A DNA stretch of 64,000 nt from Antedon mediterranea (lineage: Eukaryota > Animalia > Echinodermata): assembly GCF_964355755.1 (NCBI RefSeq), contig NC_092676.1, forward strand, positions 8,471,888-8,535,887. Direction: 5' to 3'. Made by a program: the position numbers and the translations under genes. Positions 1 to 11,240 of this stretch are shown here, one piece after another; within the stretch, counting starts at the first letter, position 1; every line of letters starts with the position of its first letter. Under the pieces are notes generated by a model. The model was not told the DNA's origin. It saw nothing but the letters and a program-made list of their open reading frames with translations, and did not search any database.

Positions 1-46
1 TTAAAATTGTTTGCAATTAACTTGTTAAAACTATAATCAACTCTTA

Positions 47-214
47 AGCTCTGTCTACATTATCAAGCTACAGTAGTTCGACAAAAAAAGTTTGATGTGC
101 CCAAATATGGTAGTGATACAGTACTGTATGCCCAAATGTGATATGACATCATTGTGTCCATATGAGCACATCACATTTTTTTGTCACATAAATTTTGATA
201 GTGTAGACAAAGCT
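47..214. mobile_element. MITE family A (TIR AGCTCTGTCTACACTATCAAA)
   Basis: Terminal inverted repeats plus internal GATGTGCCCA/TGGGCACATC-like inverted motifs; four copies in window; superfamily uncertain (Harbinger-like termini). Confidence 0.85.
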
Positions 215-2833
215 TAAGACTACTCACTATAGAGACATACAAAAAATTTGTACATTTTTCAATTTGCTGCACCCACCAGGAATCAACTTTCCATCACTGG
301 AAATAACACCATTATTATAATTTAAAGTTCCAATTTGTTCATAAATTTATATGAAATCTCTCAATATGTTAACTTATAAATGTGTGTATTACTATTATTC
401 ATAGCTCAAGAAATAAGATTTTTTATTAGGAAATCTAACTAATATTGTCCCACCGGACTACTTGATTATTAATTTTGAATATGTATTGTTAGAATAGCAT
501 CTATAATACAAATATCTATTTTGAATACTGTATATTCGCATTAATCTTTTGTAGCTGTAGCTGTTGATAACAATAAACATACAATAACAACAAGATAAAA
601 ACATTAGACGGAAATAAATAGCATGTAAAAATATAAAATATAAAAATCTGTGAAAAGACATCACTCAAATTCAAGCCTAGATTATGCATAATGTAATTAA
701 TATTATTGCACAAAATGTTGCTTTATAAATGTATTTTTGTAGAAATAAATTCAATTTGAAATTATTTATACTTTTTGAAATGATATTGAATGGTAAAGAT
801 TATTTTGATAAACTAAATATAATATCAAAGTATTTGGTTCGATAGAAAATTCTATAAAAAATGGATTTCAAAAGATCCTAATATGTTAATTTGACACATT
901 AACACATTTTAACATCATAATGAAATGTAATGACTGTAGGAAAGTAGTACACAATATTCCATAAAAGAACTTCTGTTTTATGTTTGTGCATGTTAAATGC
1001 AATAGATATCTTCTCCTCATATCATTTACAAATTCAAGTCATAGAGAAAAAAAAAGCATTAATGTATGCATGTTGTAAGATCAATTATCTGATGAATACA
1101 GGGACTAGTCGTAAGCGTGTCGGTAATACAGCGTGATAAAGTATTTTAATATTTTACTTTAGCAGCATTACAATTCATGACAATACTCCGTATTTGCTTT
1201 TAAAGCATGAAAATTGGTACTGTGTATCCCTAGTGTGCTCGTGACATTATCAAAATCATTTGCGATGCCGTGTACATTATCCGATGTAGAACAGTGTATT
1301 GGCGGCTGATACACAATCACATACACACCTAAATGACATGAAGTGCGACATTTGCACATATCGGCTTAATTATCTGGTGCATTTGGACGTGGAAAAGCAA
1401 TTGGAATGCATCATTGGGAAGGCTATATTCCGCAGGAAGATAGTCCTTCAAAGATTTGAATGTAACACGATAGATATTTAGACTGATAGAGGGAGAAGGC
1501 CGTCAATCGTCTCATCACCTCGGAGCCGTGGCTACTCCGTCTGGAATTAAATCGTTGCACAATCAGCTGAGTTTTCTACCTGTGTAATATTTAGTGTGTT
1601 TTGCAAAATGTATGCATGATGAATAGCATTTTATAGTGTAGATTGCAAATGCAGTCGTGTTCACTTTACGCAGATTGCTTAGATTATAAACTCAGGCTAA
1701 AGTATGTTAAATTCTGATGTTAGTTATTGACTTGCTCTCTCATGTTTTGTCCTATATTATTATTTCTTATTGTTGTCAACATTTACTCACGATTTAATTG
1801 TTTTCATATTTCATGCAAGTGTTATTGTATTGCTCCTTGATTATTGTATTGCTCCTTGATTATTGTAATAATTGTTATTGTTGTTTATATATTACTGTAC
1901 TATACTATACAGTGCATTTATCATACTATTACTACTGCACCAGTAGCGGCACTGTAGCTTGGTGATTTTATCATTACTTATCAATACCACCAGTGTTCTA
2001 GGGTCAAGTCTTAGCTACAGTCTAATCAATATATTCTTTCATAGTGTAACAGAATACTAACTACATAACAAGAAAATGTGGATTTTAATTTTGTATTATT
2101 TGCTAATGTGATCGCAATAAAGTAAAGGGAAATTACTATTATTGTACTATAGTACTGTATGCAACAGCATGCTCTACACATACTGCCTGCATGCTTTCTA
2201 CCACTGATATACTTTATATACTAATAATAATTTTGAAATTTTGCAATATTCCTGACAATGTTAGTAATATTAACATATATCTAGCATGCTAATAAGTACA
2301 TTAGAATTCATATTTGCTGAATGCTATTTTAACCTATGTTTCTTGGAACTAGGTTCTGTAAAATAATCAATGACTAATGTTAAACATTAGAATAGAATTT
2401 AGAAACATACTGGAATGCTCAGTTGACTTTAGATTTCAAAATACACTAACATTCATTTTCTTATTTGCATAATAATAGCAACAAAGCAACATAGCAATTA
2501 TGTGTACTGTTTTCGAATGGGATGAAAACAATCTAATTTTTAGTTCTGTCACCAGATAGGCTTACAGAATTTTTTTTTTTTTTATATTACAAATAACAAG
2601 GCCATGCATATCTGCAGTCGCGTGCTCAAGTTTGAGATACTGTGTATGTTTTTGTATTGACATTCTGCTATTGTGTGCAGTATAAGTCCGTCATACTTTT
2701 GTGCCTGCCAATTTAATTTGGTTAAATGTCTATTACACCTTTCACATTGCTTAGCAAATCTTTAGAATTTACACACCATGGGTAATTTGAATGGTTTGTA
2801 ACTTGTTGTATGTAACTTGTTGAATAATACGCT

Positions 2834-2950
2834 ATGCGCTGTAAAAGCAGTCCATGTCTCACACCTGATCCATGCGCTGTAAAAGCAGTCCATGTCTCAC
2901 ACCTGATCCATGCGCTGTGAAAGCGGTCCATGTCTCACACCTGATCCATG
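2834..2950. repeat. 38-bp tandem repeat x3
   Basis: ATGCGCTGTAAAAGCAGTCCATGTCTCACACCTGATCC at 2834, 2872, 2910. Confidence 0.95.
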
Positions 2951-3127
2951 TTTAAGAAGTGTGAACTTGTTCTCATTGATTTACCTTGATCTTGGACATC
3001 TAAAGCAATGCTTGTGTGTCCCTCTGGTATATTCTATGTTCTATCATATGGGAAAAACTTTAGTGGGGGTTGTTTCCAAAATGTGTTCTAATTGGTTTTT
3101 ATTTAATTCATTTTTTATTTTCTATAG

Positions 3128-3259
3128 GATCCTTACAAGTCTGTGGCATCAAATCTACACACTGCAAAGAAGATTCTAAGACAACAGCAACAGCAGCAAC
3201 AACAACTGCAGCAGCAAGCATCGGCAAACGAGGTAAAGAAGGCAGACCCTGAATCACAG
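3128..3259 (+). CDS. PHF21A: PHF21A-like internal exon (DPYKSVASNLHTAKKILR-polyQ-...KADPESQ); upstream exons not identified in window
   Basis: Pyrimidine tract + TAG acceptor at 3125-3127, GTAAAG donor at 3260; 132 nt, phase 0/0; open frame joins the next exon. Confidence 0.85.
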
Positions 3260-3472
3260 GTAAAGACTATACACTGTCCATTCTGTCATTTTTATTTTTC
3301 GTTTTTCTTCTGTTTCATCCACTTTTCAATCGATCATGAGGCCAAAACAAATGTAAGACTTAATATCCGATTTCCCCCAATTTGTATAGTAGATGCTCTC
3401 ATTTTCTACAAATTGGACAACTTTATGTTAGCTATTGAATTGTTTGAATATCTTGTCTTTGTTGTTTTTTAG

Positions 3473-3616
3473 AAGGTTGACTTCATGGCTGCCCTCGATT
3501 TGATAACTCCTGGAATGGCAGAAAAACTCCAAAGAAAACGTTCCGAAAGGAAGAGACGCACCACTGCGAACCCACAGTTTAGCAACTATGCCAAATATGA
3601 ACAAGTGGCCAATTTG
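3473..3616 (+). CDS. PHF21A: PHF21A-like exon (KVDFMAALDLITPGMAEKLQRKRSERKRRTTANPQFSNYAKYEQVANL)
   Basis: TTTTTTAG acceptor, TTG|GTATGG donor at 3617; peptide resembles the conserved PHF21A 'FM..LGLVT...RKRRTTANP' block; phase 0/0. Confidence 0.9.
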
Positions 3617-3828
3617 GTATGGCTTCATTTTATATTCTTCTGGTTATCAACTTTACTAATCTTGGTTTGGAAAAAAAATACTGTGAATAGGTTTAATAGA
3701 AAGCCTATTTTGTGCCCTCTATAAAAAGACTATTACATCGCAATGATTGGGAATATTATATCATGGCTAAACCAATTAGATGCTGTGAATTAAAACTGTG
3801 GTCTGGTATATAATTTTTTATTATTTAA

Positions 3829-4133
3829 AGATGTATTGTTCTCCAAAAACATGAAAAATGAAGATTATTTAAATCAGAGTTTGCATAGGTTATTTTGTAG
3901 TTTTAATTAATCAATTCAATCAATCACTTCCAAAAAAAAAACATGTTTTCACTTATAAAAAGACACAAAAAAAAACATTGCCTGGCAGTCAATTTGATTA
4001 TTTTTTGCTTTAAATTATAATTCATGATTTATTTTTCATCTATCTTTTGGTCAAAGTGAATATAATGTGACCTTAAAATGGCATATTCAACAAAAAATGT
4101 TAGCAAATTATTTTTTCAGGGGAACAATATATT
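3829..4133. mobile_element. MITE family B (TTAA target, TIR AGATGTATTGTCCCC; Kolobok-like)
   Basis: Internal similarity to copies at 24050, 49835, 59095 and 62421; degenerate TIRs. Confidence 0.75.
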
Positions 4134-4501
4134 TTCACAGGTTGATGCTAAATATGCAGTTTTTTATATTTAGTTTATGATATTATCCAGAACTTTTCAA
4201 CTTCAAACACACTAAATGTTGCATTGTATATTGATTGAAATCTATCCACATTTGTTGTTTCTCTTTAATAAAGTAGTCAACCTTTATTTTGTTGATTATT
4301 TAAAATACACACCACATTTATTTTTAGATATTTAATTACAGTATTCACATTTTTGTTTTGTATCAATTTTGCATTTTTTAAACTTTTGTAATTCCATATA
4401 TATATTTTGGTAAATCAACAATTTCAGCCTTCGGGCTGCATGTTTTTACTATATAATTATAAACCTAAATAAATAAATAAATTTTGTTTATTCATAAATA
4501 G

Positions 4502-4559
4502 CGCCGCAAATCTGAAGGATCGGTAGAGAATGGCATGCCTGCAGACAAGAGACGACGTG
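4502..4559 (+). CDS. PHF21A: PHF21A-like exon ending in first half of AT-hook (RRKSEGSVENGMPADKRRR-G)
   Basis: ATAG acceptor at 4498-4501, strong G|GTAAGT donor at 4560; 58 nt, phase 0/1. Confidence 0.9.
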
Positions 4560-5288
4560 GTAAGTGTTGTGTTGACAATAACAAGCAAGGCATATCTGTT
4601 TACGTATGCCTTGCTATTTTTATTTACACTAATGAAGATTTAGTTGCTTTTTGTTTTGTTTGTTTCATTAGTGTGAATGCAACATATCTGAGTGTTTATA
4701 AATATACAGAACATAATTCAATTTTTGTTTGAAAGTTTAAAATGAATATAAAAATAGTCAAAGACACTAGTTAAAGCTTGATCAGAGTGGCTTAACGGCT
4801 GTGAGTACTCGCTGGCTAAACCCAGCTTATGGGGGCCCCTGAGTAGTACCAAGAGGAAAAAACAGGCATTAAAATATGTCGAAAAAGCTAAAAACACTCA
4901 AGGCCTCCAGTGTTGGAGAGCCACTTGGGGTTTCTAAACCAGGAGCCTCGGGCATCTGCGTTACGCCACTACTTGATCATTTTAATGCACTACAGGCTGT
5001 TTCATGAGGAGCACCTCAATCTCAGGTGCTTGGCTCTGAATGAATATATAATAAATTTATTAGGCCTGAACAAATTATTGAGGATCGTTCAGTGGTTAAC
5101 TGGGTAACATAGCATCTGGCTATACCTCTAAACCAAAAATTTGAGTGGGGTAGGCTTGGCTTTGAGGCGAAATGAAGATTCTCAGCAATAGGAACCTACC
5201 ATAAAACACTCAGAAATGTTTGTTCTCATTTACTTACTCTTTAATAGTTATCCCAAATATCAATTATGCTTAAGGTGTGTATGTCTAA

Positions 5289-5425
5289 AGCTCTGTCTAC
5301 ACTATAAAACTAGTTTGACAAAAAAAGTGTGATGTGCCCAAATATAGCAATGACAATATCATCATGTCCATATATGGGCACATCACATTTTTTGTCACAT
5401 AAAGTTTTATAGTGTAGATAGAGCT
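5289..5425. mobile_element. MITE family A copy
   Basis: AGCTCTGTCTACACTATAAAAC...GTTTTATAGTGTAGATAGAGCT. Confidence 0.85.
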
Positions 5426-5779
5426 GTATGTAATTTTGCCTACTGTTGCCAAGGACCTGGTTCTGATTCTAGTTTACATGAAATACTAAGATTGTTGTAA
5501 TTGACATTTGTCCTAATATTTTAATAGTAGGCCTACTTTTTTTATTTGCTATTTCAAACCTTATACCATTTATTGACATGTTTTTAAACTATTGTAGATT
5601 TAGTATTTGTAAGGAGTTTTAAACTAACTAACACAAACAATAATGTTTCTATTTTTATCAAACAGTTATTATTATTTTTTTTTCAATTTGTATTTTTAAA
5701 ATGAAATGAAACAACTTTTAATATTTTCCATTTCTAACACTGTTTTTAAGGTGTATTTGTATGTTATTTATATGTATTA

Positions 5780-5929
5780 CAGTCAACTCTCTCAATAACA
5801 GACTTTTCTTGAGGTCCAAAAGGTCCCAAATTCATTTTAACCATTTCAAACGCATTCCAAATTGCAGAGACTTTCCAGAAAACCAGACATGTTAAACCAG
5901 CCCAAAGGAGTTTGGTATTGAGAGAGTTG
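5780..5929. mobile_element. Tc1/mariner-pogo type MITE (TA|CAGTCAACTCTCTCAATA...TATTGAGAGAGTTG|TA)
   Basis: Inverted termini and TA flanks; related degenerate copy near 47270-47440. Confidence 0.7.
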
Positions 5930-5949
5930 TATATTTATTATTTGTATAA

Positions 5950-6197
5950 CTATTTAGCTTGTTTAGTTGTTTGGTTACAAACTGTTTAGTTTGTTTATAA
6001 AAGAGGTTGTTTATTGTTTGTTTAGAGATATTTATTTATTGTTTTAAGAGGTTGTTTTAATTTTTTTACAGAGGTAGTTTTAGTTTGTTTACAGAGGTTG
6101 TTTATTGTTTGTTTACAGAGTTTTTTTTAGTTTGTTTTTACAGAGGTCGTTTAGTTTGTTTACACAGGTTGTTTAGTTTGTTTACACAGGTTGTTTT
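5950..6197. repeat. Degenerate GT-rich minisatellite (TTTAGTTTGTTTACAGAGGTTG-like)
   Basis: Roughly ten imperfect units, ~200 bp upstream of the 6389 acceptor. Confidence 0.8.
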
Positions 6198-6388
6198 TTA
6201 AAATAATAAGCACAACTACTTTCTTGTCAAGATTTAGTGTTTATTTCTGGTAGTTGATTTAGACTCTGCGGTTGTTTGCATCAAGATTTTTCCAGTTGGA
6301 CTTTATTAACCAGTGTTCAAGGGTTCCTTAACAACAATCTTTACTGCTTAATCATGGATTAATATGGCCTTGATTTTATCTTTGGCAG

Positions 6389-7311
6389 GGATGTGTTGGA
6401 AAATGGCTAGGCCTAGATATATTCTTCCTAAACCTTGCTCCATTAGCCTGTTACCCAAGGAAACTTCACTAGTGTCACAAGTCATTGTCAATGAAGAATT
6501 TGTAGGCATAGGCCCAACACAGTCATCTTTACTTGATTATTTTAACGGTGAATTTGATTCTAGTTACAAAATCGCTCAAGGGTTTCTACAGGAAGCAAAG
6601 TCAGAGTGCACAAGAGCGTCAATCGTACCACGAGTAAAACGTAAGAGAAAGGTAGCAATGACTGCACCTATTTCTAAGAACAGGAAACCGGATGTTCCGA
6701 AAGTTCGTAAAAGAAAGCCGATTATGATTGGACCTCCTTTGAAAACTGAGATTCTACCATATTCTCAAGATGGAAAACAAAAGAAATGTTTGGTTGATTC
6801 TTCGTCCAAAATGTATGCTTTGCAGAGTCATACAGAAGGTAGGCAACTGCGTTTGATAGCCCCAAAAGACAAACACCACTGTCCAAATATGGACATCCCT
6901 CCTTGTATATCTGAAGAACCACAGAGTCCTCAGGATGGAAAGAAGATGCGTAGCTCATGGACCATCCAAGAGAAAGTCACAGCAGTGGAGAGCTTTCGAA
7001 ACGATGACGACATAGGAGCCATTCTTAAGAGGTATAACTGCAGCCGGACCAGCTTGATTCGTTGGAATCGAGCGTACGACACGCTTTTACAACATAACAA
7101 CTTAAATGCAGCGGCAAGACGGATGCCGAAGCCTGATGACCACGGTATGCATGTCTACCAACAGCTTACTAACCTATACAATAATGAAGAAGAAATACAC
7201 AATGTCCTCATAAAAACTGTAGCTGTTGAAGAAGCTAGCAAATTAAACCTTAAAAACTTTCGCCCTACTCAAGCCTGGATAAGGCAGTGGAAAAAGAAAT
7301 ATAGATTTTAA
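6389..7311 (+). CDS. Putative alternative terminal exon: basic NLS-like linker + pogo/CENP-B-type double HTH DNA-binding domain, no DDE domain
   Basis: Only long non-repetitive ORF in the window (6364-7311). TTTTATCTTTGGCAG|GG acceptor is phase 1 and in frame with the 4559 donor. C-terminus RSSWTIQEKVTAVE..RYNCSRTSLIRW (Psq/Brinker/CENP-B N-type HTH) and LIKTVAVEEASKLNLKNFRPTQAWIRQWKKKY (CENP-B/Tc5-type HTH, cf. FKASxGWLxRFKKRH). Confidence 0.8.
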
Positions 7312-8168
7312 TTTTACTTATTAAGAAAACCAGATTGATCAAGTGTGGACATGCCTTTATTTTTTTTTTTATAATATAGAAGTCCTTTGTTTTGTACATT
7401 GTTTTATGAAAAAAAAACACATTTTAATTAAACTGCATATCAAATAGTTATAATACTGCAGGTGTGAAGTACTGTAAATGGCCATGTAAATTAGAACGTG
7501 TCTGCACATTTTCAAATTGTTAAGACCACTGTAAAAAAAAGTATTTAAAGCTGCAAATACATTAAAGTGGACAAAATTGCACAATTATGGTATCATCGTG
7601 CACCTTAAGAGGTCTTAATCCAATTGTATACATTCAAAATTGACTTACTATAGCATATGTGATTAAAGTGATTACATCACTTGTTCCTTACACCACTTTG
7701 TATATAATTAAATTATTGATAAATTATATAATATTATGTGATACGTATTTAAATTAATATAAAAATGAAATGTTTATTTACAGTAAACATAGTATGTGTG
7801 TTTTCTCTAGTTGAGTTTAAGATTATTAAAAGGTGTTTATAAACATTTTGTGTTAAAATTTTACTTTTTAAAATGTGAACCCTTTCCACACAAGTGAAGT
7901 AATACAGGTAAAGAAATGATTAAAAATACTTATTAATTATTTGATTATTTACTCTCTCAATTAATCATGATCGCTTAATGATTTATTTTGTTATTTGGAG
8001 TATAATAAGAAATATAATGCTACACTAGTAAAAAAAAAAGTATAAGATAATTTATCAATATATATATATAAGTAAAAAAAATAGATATACTGTAGTACAA
8101 GTCATTCCAGCTATATTGGTATTTATGTAATATATTTATTATACCTACTATTTTTTTTTCTTTTGTAG

Positions 8169-8230
8169 GGCGACCACCAAAGAACCCCGACAGCAGACCT
8201 TCTACTCCTGACAATAGTACTAGACGAGAT
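8169..8230 (+). CDS. PHF21A: PHF21A-like exon completing the AT-hook (G-RPPKNPDSRPSTPDNSTRRD)
   Basis: Long T tract + GTAG acceptor, GTAAGT donor at 8231; 62 nt, phase 1/0; yields KRRRGRPPK. Confidence 0.9.
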
Positions 8231-9100
8231 GTAAGTAAAAATCATTGAATTCAGTTGCATTTAAAACGTTAGGGGTGAGAGGAAACAAAACAATATGTTA
8301 AATAATAAAATATAATTATTTTCCTTTGTTTAAAATTATTATTTTTTGTGCGTCTCCTAATAGTAGACTAAGAAAACAAATATGACACATCTAAACAAAA
8401 GTTATAGCACCCTCGTTAGTATAAAATAAAAACTTTTCAACAATCAAACTTTAATTTTCCACAATAGAAACGAACACAACAATTGTGCACAGATGGAACA
8501 TATATTTACTCTTTTTTGTTTGTAAAATTTGTTTTCAAGTACTAACTATTTTGTTTAAAGTAGATGTTGCTAATTCCTCTTAATATATATGTATATATTT
8601 TAAATTCCTAGCTTTTTTTAACCTACTTACCCATTTGAGTGCATGAAAGCTGAATGTACAATATGTATAAGATAATAAATAATATTGAATTACAAGTCAA
8701 GTTATAGAATAGAGAAAACCATAATAAAAGGAGACAAGAATTAAAACAGTATTTTATGTATAAATGGTGGGTTGAATATAAGATGAAAGGTGCCTAAACA
8801 AATACAGTATTCGGGTTCTTTACATTTGTAAACCATTGACTGCTTTTACATCATGCACGGATTTGGTCCAGCGTGAACGTTGCGTGTGCTTTCACATCGA
8901 GCACGAAATTCATTACCTGTTCTAGTGAGGTCATTCATGCTCACTGTTCATCGGTCACTAGGATTTCTAGAAACAAATGGCTTCTTGATCCATCACTCCG
9001 AAATCAGAGACAGAATCGGGAACAAATTCAAATCGTATGATTTTGGTGTGAACGATCCTATGCTTTAACACTGAACCCATTTTCCACAATATTTTTTTAG

Positions 9101-9126
9101 GGCACCCGACCGAATCTGGGCGCGAT
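9101..9126 (+). CDS. PHF21A: Putative mutually exclusive 26-nt microexon (G-HPTESGRD) replacing the AT-hook exon
   Basis: TTTTTTTAG acceptor, GAT|GTGAGA donor; same phases (1/0) and same terminal Arg-Asp codons as exon 8169-8230. Confidence 0.7.
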
Positions 9127-9376
9127 GTGAGAGCAGCTTAAAGCTAGAAATTCCAACTCCCCACATGTGCACAATGAATTAACATGACCTAACCTAGGTC
9201 TACAGTTGTTGCAACTGAATAACTCAGAACTACAGTACTGTAGGCTTACTCTATCATGAATTTCTCCCATAATCTGAGCATCCAAGAGTGCTATTTGTCG
9301 GTTAAAGTCAGGGGAGGGGTTTAAACGGTGACGCAATAACGGCTAAATGACCATGTGCATTGTTTTGTCCAAGCAG

Positions 9377-9520
9377 GGCCATGATGACTTGTGTGCAGTA
9401 TGTAAACACACTGGAGAGCTCCTCCTCTGTGATTGCTGTAGCCTCGTCTACCATCTCAGTTGTCTTCAGCCTCCACTTGCTATAATACCATCTGGATTCT
9501 GGATGTGTCCAAAATGCAAG
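9377..9520 (+). CDS. PHF21A: PHD finger exon (GHDDLCAVCKHTGELLLCDCCSLVYHLSCLQPPLAIIPSGFWMCPKCK)
   Basis: Complete C4HC3 PHD pattern of BHC80 type; CAG acceptor, AAG|GTATAT donor; 144 nt, phase 0/0. Confidence 0.95.
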
Positions 9521-10795
9521 GTATATATACACAGGTCTTGGTGTGTGTATGTTGTCTTTAGGGCTTTTGCACTTTAATTTGTTATGCAATGTATTTATTG
9601 TTCATTTGCTTGAGTATTGGCTATGATTCTTTATTTGCTTGAAATTGTTGTTTAATTTTGGTTTTGCAGACTTTCCTTCCTTGCTATTATGTTCTTACCC
9701 AGTAGCTTACATCATTATTTGTTTCCTAAATAAGAGATATAACATTCAAGCTGTGGAAACTAAACAATGTCTTAGGGCTTGTTTCTAATTCAAATGAATA
9801 ACTGGATTTAATACCGTAATTTAAAAAAATCATTTAGAAAACATGTTCCCTTTGTAAATTATCTTTCTTATAGTCACAGCAATTTTCTGCTACAAAACAT
9901 TCTCAAAAAAAAAAATTACAATAACAATTAGGCCAAGTAGAAAGTATAGTTATCAGATTTTAAAATGCCTTTGTAATTTTGTTGATTTGCTTTTTTTGCA
10001 TGTTTCCAAATTTCTGTACAACCTCTGCCCTTTTTGAATTTTCATTTCAGTGAAATAATTATTGTCTGCTGCGAAATATTCCCTGAAAGCAATCTTCTAT
10101 AACAATTAAGATATTTTATCTTCAGTTCAAAGAAGAAAAAATGGAATATTAAATTCTTAAAAAATAAACGTCAAGGCATTGTAATAATAATTTCGCAAGA
10201 TTTTGAATGTCATCAGATGTTTACGACGATACAGCACACAAACTAAAAATAAGTAGTACAAACGCAATTAAAAGAGTTTTTTCAAACTGATCGCGGCAGC
10301 CACAGTATTTCCGTCGGGAATTAGACCATAGTTTTTTCAAACTTTATCTTTACAGAACAATAGCTTTGAAAAAAACAATAACATTCTTCAACAATTTCTC
10401 AGAAGTGATTATTTTAAATAGTGTTTTATTTGTACTCACATTTACACATACTGTACATACAGTGAAGTAGCCACAAGAAATAAAGTGGTCCAGTTTTCAC
10501 AAGAAAAGGGAACAAACTCTGTTCAAGTCACTGGGTTGTCAAAGACCTCAGTTAAAAAGTTGTCATGTGAAACCTTACCTATACTGATGGCCCTGACATA
10601 TATACATATAAATATAAATAAATTCAGATCACCTAGGTAGAGTGCTCGTTAAAAAAAAAAATAAATAAAATAAAATAAAATGATACGTAAACACTACAAG
10701 CTTTTCGTATGGCAAACAAAGCTAGTCACACTCTTCAGGTGAATTTAGTCTTCTGTTGTTTTCTGAATATTGATCAGCTTTTCTCACCATACAAA

Positions 10796-10917
10796 TAGCT
10801 CGTAGTGAATAAATATGAAGTTGTATCTCATATAGAATTAAATAGATCAACATACGAGTAGCTCGTAGTGAATAAATATGAAGTCGTATCTCGTATAGAA
10901 TTAAATAGATCAACATA
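10796..10917. repeat. 63-bp tandem duplication
   Basis: TAGCTCGTAGTGAATAAATATGAAGT... at 10796 and 10859. Confidence 0.9.
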
Positions 10918-11240
10918 AATTACTTTTCTTTATTTCGATTCATCTTTTTACACTAATTTGTTTTCAGCTTTTTATTGATTTAGCATTATTTTTTTTAAAA
11001 ATCAACATTCCTCTAAACATCACACACTTTTCTTCATTAATTTGTCTGGAATGTTAGAGCATGCTGGAATACATCCTTAAGGACACTTCTATTTAGTGGA
11101 CACCTTCAAATTAAATGAATGACGGGCAATATTATACTGTATTTTAACACCTAACACCTATTCAGGGGACACTCCTTTTAATGATGCAAAGAGTGTCTAA
11201 CTTAATATAGTTTCTCTATAATAAAAAATGTCAATTCTAT

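Noticed and set aside
6364-6388. ATG at 6364 as the start of an independent nested gene with a signal-like N-terminus
   Set aside because: MALILSLA is the translated pyrimidine tract of the in-frame acceptor at 6387-6388; independent initiation at a downstream ATG is not excluded but has no support
6364-7311. Active autonomous pogo transposon
   Set aside because: No DDE catalytic domain and no enclosing TIR pair found
9097-9589. Minus-strand ORFs 9097-9336 and 9308-9589
   Set aside because: Antisense shadows of the microexon region and PHD exon with no recognisable product
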